A stretch of 64,000 nt of DNA from a virus (IMGVR_UViG_3300025138_011172:1638-65637), one strand, 5' to 3'; positions 29,815 through 41,142 are shown, counted from the stretch's first letter. Numbers and translations are program-made. Notes: generated by a model not told the origin, from the letters alone.

Positions 29815-30609
29815 ATGCACAGTAATACTAATATTTTAAGAAACCGAATGCTTCAATATGAAGATATCCCTGATAGATTAAGAGTTTTACAAGATTCCTA
29901 TAAAAATGAAACTTGCTACATAATATCCGCTGGACCTTCTTTAAAAAATTACTCTAAAGAATATTTAAAAGAAAAATTAGATGGAAAGTTAGTTATAAGT
30001 ATAAAACAAGCTTATAATGTTTTACAAGAAATAGCAGATTTTCATGTTTTAAATTTTACAAATTTTCAACCCTATAATTATGTTAATGAAGATAGTATAG
30101 TAGTTTGGGAGGTATTTGAACAGTTCCACCCAGATATGATACTGCAAAATAATTTAAAGTGTGAATTAATGTTACCAGTTACAGGAAATCATAACCCTGA
30201 TATTATTACTAGAATAAATGAATCACAGGCAGGTAAATTAAGTTTTGAAAATTTTACTTTAGATAAAACTTTAGATAGAATGTATGGTCCTGGAATAATG
30301 TATGAAACTGTAATACATTTAGCTTTATACTTAGGGGTAAATAAAATTATAACTTTAGGATGGGACATAGGAGATGTTAGTAAATTCAATGGAAATGATC
30401 TAAGAGAAGATGTATGGCAAGACCATTTCTATGAAGACACATCAGAAAAAATGGCGTATGCTCCTACACCTATGAACTTTCATGAAGTAAATACTGTAGT
30501 AAATTCAACAGAATATTTAAATAAATGGTTAAAATCAAAAGGAGTTGAACTTAATATAATTTCAGATATTAACCCATCACATAAATCAATAAAAAGAACT
30601 AAATTATGA
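29815..30609 (+). CDS. Maf/MptE-like (DUF115-type) putative ulosonic-acid transferase
   Basis: IISAGPSL, ALYLGVNKIITLGWD. Confidence 0.6.
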   Translation: MHSNTNILRNRMLQYEDIPDRLRVLQDSYKNETCYIISAGPSLKNYSKEYLKEKLDGKLVISIKQAYNVLQEIADFHVLNFTNFQPYNYVNEDSIVVWEVFEQFHPDMILQNNLKCELMLPVTGNHNPDIITRINESQAGKLSFENFTLDKTLDRMYGPGIMYETVIHLALYLGVNKIITLGWDIGDVSKFNGNDLREDVWQDHFYEDTSEKMAYAPTPMNFHEVNTVVNSTEYLNKWLKSKGVELNIISDINPSHKSIKRTKL

Positions 30610-31478
30610 GTAAAATAACAAATTGTATATCATCATTTAATAACTTAAACTATGTTAAATTAGCTGTTAAATCAGTTAGAGAAAATTCTTATTATAAAGA
30701 TTCACCATTAATTGTTTTAGCTGAAAATTGTCAAGATGGGACTGATGAATGGTTAAAAGAAAATGCTAAAAAATGGGGTATAGAATATTATATTGAAAAA
30801 AACAAAACCCCTATGGGCATAGGAGGTGGGATGAATTTTTGTGCTAAAAGAGTTAAAACAGAATTTATTAATTTTATACATGCTGATTTTTATGTGTCTA
30901 AGAATTGGGATTTAGAATTATTAAAAACATTTGATAAATATCCAAATCAAAGAATGATGGTATTTAGTCATAGAGTTCAACCTGATATTTTTAATGAAGA
31001 AAGCAGGTCTGGTACAGTTATAGTCCCTATGGATGAATTTGGAGAATATCATCATAATTTTAATGAAAAATATTTTTTAAGATGGGCTGAGGAATTTTCA
31101 TCATTAAATAACTTTGAAATTAAAAAAAGTGAAGGAGTTTCAGGATTAATCCGTAAAAGAGATTGGGATTATATCGGAGGGAATGACGATAGGTTTGCCC
31201 CTGCTTATTGGGAGGATGCAGATTTATTTATTAGAATGATTAATGAAAGTTATAAATTTGTTTTAACCTCACAATCAGTAGTTTTTCATTTTGCTTCAAG
31301 AGCAAGTAGATTTCCTGATGATAACTTAACAACTAGACCAGTTAATCTAGCAGAAATAGAACAAAGAAGCACTCAAAGATTTATTGAAAAATACGGACAA
31401 TTACCTGGGAGAGATGAAAATGATTTTTATATACCTCTCCAAATAGTAGATGGTTCACCAAATAGAATTAATCAATAA
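30606..31478 (+). CDS. GT2 glycosyltransferase
   Basis: DGTDEWL, IHAD, WEDAD, VFH. Confidence 0.85.
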   Translation: MSKITNCISSFNNLNYVKLAVKSVRENSYYKDSPLIVLAENCQDGTDEWLKENAKKWGIEYYIEKNKTPMGIGGGMNFCAKRVKTEFINFIHADFYVSKNWDLELLKTFDKYPNQRMMVFSHRVQPDIFNEESRSGTVIVPMDEFGEYHHNFNEKYFLRWAEEFSSLNNFEIKKSEGVSGLIRKRDWDYIGGNDDRFAPAYWEDADLFIRMINESYKFVLTSQSVVFHFASRASRFPDDNLTTRPVNLAEIEQRSTQRFIEKYGQLPGRDENDFYIPLQIVDGSPNRINQ

Positions 31479-32176
31479 TGTTAAATTATAGTAAAAAATA
31501 CCCTCTTATTTTCTTCCATTTACCTAAAAATGCAGGAAAGAGTATATGTCAAGCTTTACAAATAGATAAAGAATACCACCCACCCAATTTAAACCAAACA
31601 GTTTTACTTGGAGATGATATAAAAAATTCTTATACTAATCAACAATGGGCCCAATTATTTAAATTTACAATTATTAGAAACCCTTGGGATAGAATGGTAT
31701 CTTTATATCATTTTAGAAAAAAGGAAAATGATTTATTGATTAGACTTCAAAATGAAGGATTATGGGAACCTCAAAACGGGGATTCATCACAAGAAGGGTG
31801 GACTTTTAAAAAATGGTTATTAGAACCTAAAGTAACTGGAGTAATGAATCATGAAGTTTTTGTAGATTACAAAAACATTTTAAAACAACAACCTCAATCA
31901 AGCAATTTCTTTAGAACAGCAGCTGAATATATTAATCAACTAGATTTAATTACAGATAGTAATGGAATGCTTTATGTTGATTATATTATAAAATATGAAA
32001 ATTTGACAGAAGAATTAAATAGTATGTTTAACTATTTAAAATTAACACCTTTTGAACTCCCAGTAATTAATAATTCTAATCATAAAAATTATAGAGAATA
32101 TTATGATGAAGAAACAAAAGGTTTTATAGGTAGATTATTTAATAAAGATATAAATTATTTTGGATATGAATTTTAA
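31478..32176 (+). CDS. Sulfotransferase family 2 (carbohydrate sulfotransferase-like)
   Basis: FHLPKNAGKS, IRNPWDRMVSLY, DINYFGYEF. Confidence 0.85.
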   Translation: MLNYSKKYPLIFFHLPKNAGKSICQALQIDKEYHPPNLNQTVLLGDDIKNSYTNQQWAQLFKFTIIRNPWDRMVSLYHFRKKENDLLIRLQNEGLWEPQNGDSSQEGWTFKKWLLEPKVTGVMNHEVFVDYKNILKQQPQSSNFFRTAAEYINQLDLITDSNGMLYVDYIIKYENLTEELNSMFNYLKLTPFELPVINNSNHKNYREYYDEETKGFIGRLFNKDINYFGYEF

Positions 32177-33011
32177 AATACAAATAATAATATGTGGTTG
32201 GTGGTTTGATAAATTTGATAACCAGGAAGGTCAAACAGATTTTATTGAATCCCTAAAATGGATTAATGATAGTAATGATAATATAAATGTTTTTTGGGCA
32301 TGTCATAAAGACCCAATTCCATTAGTAAAAGATAATTTTGAATGGAAGTTATATGAAAATGTAGGACTAGAATGGGGGGCTTATGATAAAGCTTTTAATA
32401 CCCTAAATTTAGATGATGATACTTTTGTGTTTTGCATACAAGATGATATGCTTATTAAAGATTGGGGGTTTATTAATGCCTGTGTTGACTATCTAAAAGA
32501 TGATCAAATTAAAATAATAGGTAATGGGTTTAACTATCCTTATAATATGACTCCAAATGAAGAAGCTAGACTTAGTTATTGGTTAAAAACTAATGATCGT
32601 TGGGTTGATTACGTAAAAACTGAAAATCAACATATGTTTAATACACCAGTAAATTGTTTATCTATTAGGGGTAGTTTTTTAGCTACACGATATAAACACA
32701 TTAAGTTAATAAATGGGTTTGAATATGTAAATAAATCTTTAGAAGAAGGTATAAAAGAAGATGGAACAAAGTTTTTATTAATTGACCCTTTTGGAAATAC
32801 TTCTCTCTATTTGAATGCTTATAAATTTTCAAAATATTTTGGTAATGCTGGATTTAAGTGGTTATCAAATACTTACAGAAGATCTAAATGGATGGTTGAA
32901 TGTGGGAGAGGAAATATTGATTTACCTCAAGATGAAGAAACCCAACCTTTTGATATACCCCAAGAATTTTTAATAGATGGATATGAATATGAAGAAGATA
33001 AACGTACTTAA
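32166..33011 (+). CDS. Glycosyltransferase-like protein
   Basis: ENVGLEWGAY, CIQDD; island context. Confidence 0.5.
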   Translation: MNFKIQIIICGWWFDKFDNQEGQTDFIESLKWINDSNDNINVFWACHKDPIPLVKDNFEWKLYENVGLEWGAYDKAFNTLNLDDDTFVFCIQDDMLIKDWGFINACVDYLKDDQIKIIGNGFNYPYNMTPNEEARLSYWLKTNDRWVDYVKTENQHMFNTPVNCLSIRGSFLATRYKHIKLINGFEYVNKSLEEGIKEDGTKFLLIDPFGNTSLYLNAYKFSKYFGNAGFKWLSNTYRRSKWMVECGRGNIDLPQDEETQPFDIPQEFLIDGYEYEEDKRT

Positions 33012-34152
33012 ACCTAAATTTAGGACAGAAGAGATTTTAGAAACTATACGAGAATGCCTTGATAAAGGATGGACTGGTATGGGATTTAAAACAGAAGAAT
33101 TTGAAAATGCTTGGAAAGATTATACTGATTTACCAAACTCCCATTTTATTTCTTCTAATACAGTAGGATTACATTTGGCTTTAAATGTTTTTAAGAAAAA
33201 AAATGGATGGGAAGATGGAGATGAAATAATAACAACCCCTCTTACTTTTATTTCAACTAATCATTCTATAATGTATGAAAGATTAAAACCAGTTTTTGCT
33301 GATGTAGATAAATCTTTATGCTTAGACCCAAAATCAGTTGAATCTAAAATAACTAATAAAACAAAAGCCGTAATTTACGTAGGTATTGGAGGTAATACTG
33401 GACAGTTAGAAGAAATTCAATCCATTTGTAAAAAACACAATTTAAAATTAATCTTAGATGCAGCCCACATGGCAGGAACTAAAATTAAGAATATGTTTGA
33501 TGGAATGGGGTACACAACAGAACATGTGGGAAAACAAGCGGATGTTACTGTGTTTAGTTTTCAAGCTGTAAAAAATCTTCCAACAGCAGATAGTGGAATG
33601 ATATGTTTTAAAGATAAAGAAGATGATAAATTAGCTAGAAAATTAAGTTGGTTAGGAATTAATAAAGATACTTTCAATAGAAGCACTCAGGGATCTTATA
33701 AATGGAAATATAATGTTGAAGAAGTTGGGTTTAAATACCATGGAAATTCTATTATGGCTTCCATTGGATTAACCCAATTACAATATCTTGATGAAGATAA
33801 TGATTATAGAAATTATATAGCAGAACAATATATTTCTAACCTTAAGGATATTAAAGGAATTAAAATAATATATGATTCTCCTTTAGTAGAAAAATCATCA
33901 AGACATTTATTTCAAATTAGAGTAGATAAGAATAAAAGAGATTCTATAATCGAACAACTATATAAAAATGAAATATACCCAGGTGTTCATTATATTGATA
34001 ATACAACTTATCCAATGTATAATTATGCTTTTGGATCTTGCCCTAATGCACATCAATTTTCAGATGAATTAATTACTTTACCAATCCACTTAGATATAAC
34101 CTTGGAGGATATAAGTAGAGTTTGTAACGTTTTAATAAATACAATAACATGA
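32977..34152 (+). CDS. DegT/DnrJ/EryC1/StrS sugar aminotransferase
   Basis: LDAAH, FSFQAVKNL, LPIH; true start possibly 32989. Confidence 0.92.
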   Translation: MDMNMKKINVLKPKFRTEEILETIRECLDKGWTGMGFKTEEFENAWKDYTDLPNSHFISSNTVGLHLALNVFKKKNGWEDGDEIITTPLTFISTNHSIMYERLKPVFADVDKSLCLDPKSVESKITNKTKAVIYVGIGGNTGQLEEIQSICKKHNLKLILDAAHMAGTKIKNMFDGMGYTTEHVGKQADVTVFSFQAVKNLPTADSGMICFKDKEDDKLARKLSWLGINKDTFNRSTQGSYKWKYNVEEVGFKYHGNSIMASIGLTQLQYLDEDNDYRNYIAEQYISNLKDIKGIKIIYDSPLVEKSSRHLFQIRVDKNKRDSIIEQLYKNEIYPGVHYIDNTTYPMYNYAFGSCPNAHQFSDELITLPIHLDITLEDISRVCNVLINTIT

Positions 34153-34832
34153 TAAAAAAATATGGAGAACCTAAACATTATATAAATAGACCATTGTGTC
34201 GATTTGATATAATTAATTACTTTATTGAAAAAAACAATTATCTTAATTATCTAGAAATAGGGGTTAGAGCTCCTCAAGCTTGTTTTAATAGGATTATTGC
34301 TTCACATAAGGATGCAGTAGATCCTGCACCCTTACAACCCGGAGAAATTAACTATCCAGTAACATCAGATGAATTTTTTCAATTATTAGAAAACAACCCA
34401 GAAATAAAATATGATATAATTTTTATAGATGGTTTGCATTTATATGAACAAGTTAAGAAAGATATATCTAATTCATTAAACCATCTAACAGATAACGGAA
34501 CTATAGTAATGCATGATTGTAGTCCACCATCAATTCACCACCAAAGAACTAATTATGGTGATTATTCAACACCTGCGGGATCTGATTGGAATGGTACTAC
34601 ATGGAGAGCTTTTGTAGAATTAAGATGTACTAATCCAAATTTAAATATGAGTGTAGTAGATACTGATTATGGGGTAGGTATTATCCAAAAAGGTAATCAA
34701 CAAGTATGGGATAAAGAAAATATTGAAACCTGTATGACTTATGAATATTTAGATAAAAATAGAAAAGATTTATTAAATTTATTTAATGTAGAACAGTTTG
34801 AACAAAATTATAAAACCGGATTTTTAAAATGA
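34149..34832 (+). CDS. Class I SAM methyltransferase (Methyltransf_24-like)
   Basis: YLEIGV, IFIDGLH, IVMHD. Confidence 0.8.
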   Translation: MIKKYGEPKHYINRPLCRFDIINYFIEKNNYLNYLEIGVRAPQACFNRIIASHKDAVDPAPLQPGEINYPVTSDEFFQLLENNPEIKYDIIFIDGLHLYEQVKKDISNSLNHLTDNGTIVMHDCSPPSIHHQRTNYGDYSTPAGSDWNGTTWRAFVELRCTNPNLNMSVVDTDYGVGIIQKGNQQVWDKENIETCMTYEYLDKNRKDLLNLFNVEQFEQNYKTGFLK

Positions 34833-35794
34833 AAACAGCACTTGTAACAGGAATAAATGGAATGGATGGCAGCCATCTATCAGACTTACTTTTATCAAAG
34901 GGATATAAAGTTTTTGGGATGGAAAGAAGGTCATCATCCAAGAATAGAACAAATACTTTACATTTAGAGGATAAAGTAACTTTCCTCCAGGGGGACTTAA
35001 CTGACCAAAACTCACTATTAAGATGTTTAAAAGAGTCTAATCCTGATGAAGTATATAATTTAGCAGCACAATCATTTGTAGGTGAAAGTTGGAATACTCC
35101 AGAACACACCTCTGAAGTAACTGGGTTAGGGGTATTAAGAATATTAGAAGCAATTAGAGAATTTAACCCAAAAATTAAATTCTACCAAGCAAGTTCATCA
35201 GAAATGTTTGGTAGAATGGTTGAAAATCCTGCTAATGAAAATACCCCATTTTACCCGAGAAGCCCCTATGGAGTATCTAAGTTATATGGACATTGGATAA
35301 CAAAAAATTATAGAGAATCATATGACATGTTTGCTTGTAGTGGTATTTTATTCAACCATGAATCAGAAAAACGAGGAATAGAATTTGTAACTCGAAAAAT
35401 ATCAGATGGGGTAGCTAAAATTAAATTAGGTCTAGCTGATTATATATCTTTGGGTAATTTAGATGCTAAAAGAGATTGGGGGTATGCTCCTGATTATGTA
35501 GAAGCTATGTGGTTAATGTTACAACAGGAAACCCCAGATGATTATGTTATAGCTACTGGTAATACTTACTCTATTAGAGAATTTTTAGATATTGCTTTTA
35601 ACCATGTTGGTATTAAAAATTGGGAACCTTATATTAAACAAGATCCAAGATTTATGAGACCTGCGGAAGTAGATGTATTAAGAGGTGATTTTACAAAAGC
35701 TAAAGAAAATTTAGATTGGATTCCTAAAACATCTTTTGTAAATTTAGTGAAGAAAATGGTTGATAACGATATTAATTTATTAAATAATGGATAA
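34829..35794 (+). CDS. gmd: GDP-mannose 4,6-dehydratase
   Basis: TGINGMDG, NLAAQSFV, YQASSSE, SPYGVSK, FNHES, RDWG. Confidence 0.95.
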   Translation: MKTALVTGINGMDGSHLSDLLLSKGYKVFGMERRSSSKNRTNTLHLEDKVTFLQGDLTDQNSLLRCLKESNPDEVYNLAAQSFVGESWNTPEHTSEVTGLGVLRILEAIREFNPKIKFYQASSSEMFGRMVENPANENTPFYPRSPYGVSKLYGHWITKNYRESYDMFACSGILFNHESEKRGIEFVTRKISDGVAKIKLGLADYISLGNLDAKRDWGYAPDYVEAMWLMLQQETPDDYVIATGNTYSIREFLDIAFNHVGIKNWEPYIKQDPRFMRPAEVDVLRGDFTKAKENLDWIPKTSFVNLVKKMVDNDINLLNNG

Positions 35795-36848
35795 AATTAC
35801 ATTTTGTATTCCTAGTAAATCTAATCTTAGATATCTTAAAACTTGTATATCTTCAATTAGAAAAAATGCTTATAGAAATGATCATGAAATTATAGTATTT
35901 GTAGACGAAGATACAGATGGTACTTGTGAATGGTTAAAAGAAAATGCTGATAAATATAATGTAGATTATTATATTAATTTTAACTTAGGAGATAAATTAT
36001 TTGGGATTGGTAAAGCCTATGATTATTGTATAGAAAAATCTACTACAGATATTTTTATGATATTTCATGCTGATATGATGTTAGGGAAAAATGCAGATTT
36101 AAACGCATATAATCAATTAAAATCAAAATCTGTAGTATGTTCTACAAGAATAGAACCTCCACTTCACCCTAATGGAGGAGAAAAAATATTGCTTGATTTT
36201 GGAATGTGGCCTGAAGAATTTAAAGAAGAAGAATTTGATGTTTATGTAAATGAACATTTAGAAGATACTAAAATAACAGAGGGTATATTTGCCCCGTGGA
36301 TGATGTATAAAAATGATTTTCTAGAAATTTTAGGAGGACACGACCCAGTAATGCATTCTTGTAGAGAAGATTCTGATTTATTTAATAGAATGTTATTAGC
36401 TGGATTTGATTTTATTCAACCCTGGAATTCTTTAGTATACCATTTAACAGGAAGAGGAGCAGGTAGTTTTGATGGTGACCCTGAAAGACATGAAAAATGG
36501 AAAAAAGATATGAATGATTCAACTTTAGAATTTATTCAAAAATGGGGAAGTAATGTTAATCATACCCCCTTAATGAAACCTATAGTTTCCCCTGTTTATA
36601 AAAAATGTGTTAATATTATTAACTCAAATCCACAATTACAAGAAGCGTTAAAACCTTGGTTTAATGGAGGAAGAGACATAATAGTTGAAATTGATGGTAA
36701 TAAATTTACTCAACAAGATTATCAAATAATTCAACAACTCTCAGCGATTATCCAGGATAGTGGAGAAATTGGTACATTTGAGTTAGGTAATTTAAAAATT
36801 ACAATTAATAATTTAAATTCATATGAAAAAGATTTAATAAAAATATGA
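35787..36848 (+). CDS. GT2 glycosyltransferase
   Basis: DGTCEWL, FHAD, EDSD, VYH; paralog of 30606. Confidence 0.85.
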   Translation: MDKITFCIPSKSNLRYLKTCISSIRKNAYRNDHEIIVFVDEDTDGTCEWLKENADKYNVDYYINFNLGDKLFGIGKAYDYCIEKSTTDIFMIFHADMMLGKNADLNAYNQLKSKSVVCSTRIEPPLHPNGGEKILLDFGMWPEEFKEEEFDVYVNEHLEDTKITEGIFAPWMMYKNDFLEILGGHDPVMHSCREDSDLFNRMLLAGFDFIQPWNSLVYHLTGRGAGSFDGDPERHEKWKKDMNDSTLEFIQKWGSNVNHTPLMKPIVSPVYKKCVNIINSNPQLQEALKPWFNGGRDIIVEIDGNKFTQQDYQIIQQLSAIIQDSGEIGTFELGNLKITINNLNSYEKDLIKI

Positions 36849-37771
36849 TAAAAAAAATTGCAGTTATTACCCCAGTATCCCATTTAGTAGGAATAAAGGA
36901 ATTATTAGATACTAAAGGAGAAATATTCTACCTAGAGGATAACCCAATAAAATCAAAAGTAAGAGTACTATTAGAAACTAAAGATATTGATACTATAGTT
37001 TGTAATCCTAATCAACAATCATTTAAAATTGATAAACAATTATTAAATAACACTAAAGTAAAAATTATAAATTCATGTTCAACTGGGTTAAATCACATTG
37101 ACTTAGAATATTGTAAATCTCAAAACATTGAAATTCAATGTCATAAAAACGATTATGAATTAATAAATCAATTACCATCAACTTCAGAATTAGCTTTTGG
37201 GTTAATGGTTTCTTTATTAAGAAATATCCCAAAATGTAATAATCATGTTAAAAATTATGGGTGGGATTATACTAGGTTCATGGGGAGACAAGTTAAAGAT
37301 TTAACTATTGGTATTATAGGGTATGGTAGGTTAGGTAAAATGATGAAAAAATATTGTGATGCTTTTGATGCTAAAACTTATGTTTATGATCCTTACGTTG
37401 ATATTAAACAAACTTCTTTAAAAGAAATATTTAAAAAATGTGATGTTGTTTCACTCCATGTCCATGTTACGAATGAAACAAAATATATGATTTCAGAGGA
37501 ATTACTTGGATTATCTAAAAAGGGTTTGTATATTATAAACACAAGTAGAGGAGAAATTGTTAAAGAAGAAGATGTGGTTAAAGCATTAAATAATGGTAAA
37601 TTAATAGGTTATGGAACAGATGTTATTGAAAATGAATTTGATAATATTAAGGATTCACCAATAATAAAAGCAATGAATAAAGGTAAAAATGTTATAGTTA
37701 CTCCTCATATAGGAGGGATGACAACTGAAGGACAAACAAAAGCGTATAAATGGTCAATAGATAAATTATAA
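36845..37771 (+). CDS. D-isomer-specific 2-hydroxyacid dehydrogenase
   Basis: GIIGYGRLG, INTSRG, TPHIGG. Confidence 0.88.
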   Translation: MIKKIAVITPVSHLVGIKELLDTKGEIFYLEDNPIKSKVRVLLETKDIDTIVCNPNQQSFKIDKQLLNNTKVKIINSCSTGLNHIDLEYCKSQNIEIQCHKNDYELINQLPSTSELAFGLMVSLLRNIPKCNNHVKNYGWDYTRFMGRQVKDLTIGIIGYGRLGKMMKKYCDAFDAKTYVYDPYVDIKQTSLKEIFKKCDVVSLHVHVTNETKYMISEELLGLSKKGLYIINTSRGEIVKEEDVVKALNNGKLIGYGTDVIENEFDNIKDSPIIKAMNKGKNVIVTPHIGGMTTEGQTKAYKWSIDKL

Positions 37772-37773
37772 AA

Positions 37774-38334
37774 ATGGAAAAAGTATTAGTAATAATTCCT
37801 GCAAAAGCAGATTCAACAAGGTTTATTGGGAAAAATAAACAATTAATCCAAGGTAAAACTTTAGTAGAACATGCTATTAGTTATGCTAAAAACAGTAAAC
37901 ACCAAGTTAGAATTATAGTATCAACAGAAGATGAAGAAACTAAATTAATAGCTCTTAATAAGGGGGTTGAAGTAATACATAGAGAAAAAGAATTTATGGG
38001 TGATAGAGAGGTAATGGATGTTTATGTAGATGTGTTTGAGAAACTAAAAGATGATAACATTGATTATGTTATAGGTTTACAACCAGACAACCCAGATAGG
38101 AATGTTACTTTAGATGATGGGTTAGAATATTTTATAGATTTAAAATATGATGATTTAGTTACAGTTAGTTCTGATGGATCGAGAAATGGAGCTTTAAGAA
38201 TTACTAGGGCATCACACATTAAATCTGGATATGTTAGTAGAAGAGTAGGTACTATATTAGATAATTGTACTAATATTCATTCTAAAAATGATCTTACAAA
38301 CGCTGAAAAAAATATAAATGAACGAGTATATTAA
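37774..38334 (+). CDS. NeuA/KdsB-like cytidylyltransferase
   Basis: [26 protein letters not shown]. Confidence 0.75.
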   Translation: MEKVLVIIPAKADSTRFIGKNKQLIQGKTLVEHAISYAKNSKHQVRIIVSTEDEETKLIALNKGVEVIHREKEFMGDREVMDVYVDVFEKLKDDNIDYVIGLQPDNPDRNVTLDDGLEYFIDLKYDDLVTVSSDGSRNGALRITRASHIKSGYVSRRVGTILDNCTNIHSKNDLTNAEKNINERVY

Positions 38335-39127
38335 ATCATTAAAAAACCAGGATAAATTAAATATATCAATTAACCTTGATAAAAAGTTTAAATGGGAACA
38401 TTTTAAAATAGCAGGACCCTGTTCAGTAGAGGGAGAAAGTATTATTGAGATTTCAAAAGAAATTAAAAAATGTGGAGCAGATGCCTTAAGAGCAGGAGCC
38501 TATAAACCTTGTACTTATCCTATTTTAAAAGAAACAAATGGGTGGAAAGAAGGTCTTAGAAAAGAAGGACTTGAATTACTTAAAGAAGCTAAAAAACAAT
38601 CAGGTTTACCTATTGTAACTGAAGTAATGGATGCTAGTATGATAGAAGAAGTTAGTGAAGTAGCAGACATATTTCAAATAGGAACTAGAAATTTTCAAAA
38701 TTATACACTTTTGGATGCTTTAGGAAAATCTAATACCCCTGTATTATTGAAAAGAGGAACATGGGGTACTTTAGATGAAATATTAGGAGCATGTGAGCGT
38801 ATTTTAGTTGGGGGTAATGAAAATATTGCTATATGTTTAAGAGGTGTAGTAGGTATGCCTAATTATAGACATATTTTTCCAACAATTAGATGGGCACCTG
38901 ATTTAATGATGATCCCAGCTTTAAAGGAATTTACTAATATCCCCATTATATATGATCCAAGTCATTCTACTGGGTATAGAAATTTTGTTAAACCTATTTC
39001 TAGAGCAGCAATAGCTGCAGGTGCCGATGGTTTAATTATTGAAGCTCACCCTACACCTGATGAATCTATTAGTGACCCAGCTCAAGCAATTAATTATAGA
39101 ACTTTAAAAACTATCTTTAATGATTAG
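38318..39127 (+). CDS. DAHP/KDO8P synthase family (class I-beta) aldolase
   Basis: [35 protein letters not shown]. Confidence 0.88.
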   Translation: MNEYIKSLKNQDKLNISINLDKKFKWEHFKIAGPCSVEGESIIEISKEIKKCGADALRAGAYKPCTYPILKETNGWKEGLRKEGLELLKEAKKQSGLPIVTEVMDASMIEEVSEVADIFQIGTRNFQNYTLLDALGKSNTPVLLKRGTWGTLDEILGACERILVGGNENIAICLRGVVGMPNYRHIFPTIRWAPDLMMIPALKEFTNIPIIYDPSHSTGYRNFVKPISRAAIAAGADGLIIEAHPTPDESISDPAQAINYRTLKTIFND

Positions 39128-39761
39128 TATTATAATAAGAAATAAAGATGAGTCTGATTTTATAGGGCATGCTATTCAATCTTGTGTTGATAACTTTAAA
39201 GATCCTGAGATTATAATAGTAGATGATAATTCTCAAGATGATTCTGATAGAGTAATTTCACTGTTTGATAACACTAATATTAGAATTCATTCTTTACCTA
39301 AAAAATATTCCCCAGGATACTCTTTAAACTATGGGGTAAGTGAATGTAATAATAACACAATTTTAGTCCTTTCAGCCCACTGTCAACTTACAAATTTAGA
39401 GGGTTGGGAAAAAAGGGTTAAAACCCAACTAAATGATTATTGTGCTGTTTTTGGGAAACAAACCCCAATATATAGAGGTAAAAAAATAACACCTAGGTAT
39501 ATTTGGAGCCATTTTGGGGATACACAAGAAAAAAATTTATTTTCAAAAATTGAACAACGTTATTTTTTACATAATGCTTTTTGTTTTTATAATAAAGAAT
39601 TTTTAGAAAATAACCCATTTGATGAAAAACTTCATGGAAAAGAAGATAGATATTGGGCAATTGATATGGTTAAACAAGGGCATAATTACTTATATGACCC
39701 TAAACTAAAATGTAATCATTTTTGGACTCCAAGGGGAGCTACATGGAAAGGAATAGGATAA
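39120..39761 (+). CDS. GT2 glycosyltransferase
   Basis: [22 protein letters not shown]. Confidence 0.8.
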   Translation: MISIIIRNKDESDFIGHAIQSCVDNFKDPEIIIVDDNSQDDSDRVISLFDNTNIRIHSLPKKYSPGYSLNYGVSECNNNTILVLSAHCQLTNLEGWEKRVKTQLNDYCAVFGKQTPIYRGKKITPRYIWSHFGDTQEKNLFSKIEQRYFLHNAFCFYNKEFLENNPFDEKLHGKEDRYWAIDMVKQGHNYLYDPKLKCNHFWTPRGATWKGIG

Positions 39762-39772
39762 AATAAAAATAC

Positions 39773-40522
39773 ATGAAAATAAAAAATAAAAAATTCACAC
39801 AACAACATTTAGATAAATGTGATAAAATTAAACAACAGGCTAATATTCAATTTAATTTAACCCCTGTTAATAATATTTGTTTAATTCTTCAAAAACTAAA
39901 AGAATTAAATGATACTGAAGGTCATTATGTTGAATGTGGTACCTATAGAGGAAATACTCTTATTCCATCAGCACTGTATTCTTTAAATTATGGGTATTTT
40001 AGTGAAAAAAAATTAATAGGTATTGATACATTTAAGGGTTTTCCTAAAACTACACAACATGATTATAGAGATCTTCCTAATTATTTTGAAACTTTAAAAT
40101 CACAAAATTTAATCTCAGAAGATCATTTTAATAAATCAAAACTTAGAACTAAAAATTTTCAGAGTTTATCACATTTAGAAAATGAATATTTTTTAGATAC
40201 TCAAGAAGTATTTAACAATTGTAATGAATTCAATAATATTTCTTTATTAAAAGGCACATTTGAAGAAATAACCCCTACATTTAAAGATAAAATTTCGGTT
40301 CTTCATTTAGATGGAGATTTATATAAAAGTTATTTAACATGTTTAGATAATCTATATGATAATGTAATTAGTGGGGGTGCAGTAATTTTTGATGAATATT
40401 ATTCTCATAAATATCCTGGGGCTCGTGTTGCTGTAAATGAATTCTTTTTAGATAAAAAAGGACATTTTGAAAAATATTTAACTGATGAAGGCCATGAAAG
40501 ATGGTGTTTTATAAAAAAATAA
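39773..40522 (+). CDS. TylF/MycF-family sugar O-methyltransferase
   Basis: VECGTYRG, DTFKGFP, LHLDGDLY, FDEY. Confidence 0.85.
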   Translation: MKIKNKKFTQQHLDKCDKIKQQANIQFNLTPVNNICLILQKLKELNDTEGHYVECGTYRGNTLIPSALYSLNYGYFSEKKLIGIDTFKGFPKTTQHDYRDLPNYFETLKSQNLISEDHFNKSKLRTKNFQSLSHLENEYFLDTQEVFNNCNEFNNISLLKGTFEEITPTFKDKISVLHLDGDLYKSYLTCLDNLYDNVISGGAVIFDEYYSHKYPGARVAVNEFFLDKKGHFEKYLTDEGHERWCFIKK

Positions 40523-40524
40523 TA

Positions 40525-41142
40525 ATGAGTAAGATTTTATTAATAGGAAATGGCCCCTCAGCTATAGAAAAAGAATTAGGATCAAGGATAGATTCAGATG
40601 AATTTGATAAAGTTGTTAGGTTTAATAGATGGAAATTTAATGAAGATGGATCAGAGTACGAAAAAGATCATTCAAAATTTGTAGGTACTAGATGTGATTA
40701 TTGGGTTATAAATGATTTACATTTAACAGAAACTAAACTAGGAATAAATAAAAGACTTTATTATGAATTAGTATTAGTAGTAATGCCTAATTTTAAATTT
40801 AATAATAATTTAGTAAATGAAGTTGAAAATAATTACCCTAATATAAAGTTTCTTAGACCCGAATTAGAAAATAATGTTAATCAGGTTATTAGTTTCTCTC
40901 CATCATGGCCTTCGACAGGTGTTATTGCAATGGAATTTGCTATACAAAATTTTGATGAAGTTTATTTACATGGGTTTGATACTTATGATATTAAATATGA
41001 TACTTTACATTATTTTGAAGGAATAAATGAAACCTATGGTAAAAATGTATTTAAATTTAAAAAAAGAAAAGATCATACCCCTGAAAAAGAATTACAATAT
41101 ATTAATCATATAATTAAAAACCATAACGTAAAATTTTTATGA
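40525..41142 (+). CDS. GT29 (sialyltransferase-like) protein
   Basis: IGNGPS..IDS..VVRFN..VGTR (sialylmotif L-like), PSTG, GFD, HYFE, H..EKE. Confidence 0.7.
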   Translation: MSKILLIGNGPSAIEKELGSRIDSDEFDKVVRFNRWKFNEDGSEYEKDHSKFVGTRCDYWVINDLHLTETKLGINKRLYYELVLVVMPNFKFNNNLVNEVENNYPNIKFLRPELENNVNQVISFSPSWPSTGVIAMEFAIQNFDEVYLHGFDTYDIKYDTLHYFEGINETYGKNVFKFKKRKDHTPEKELQYINHIIKNHNVKFL

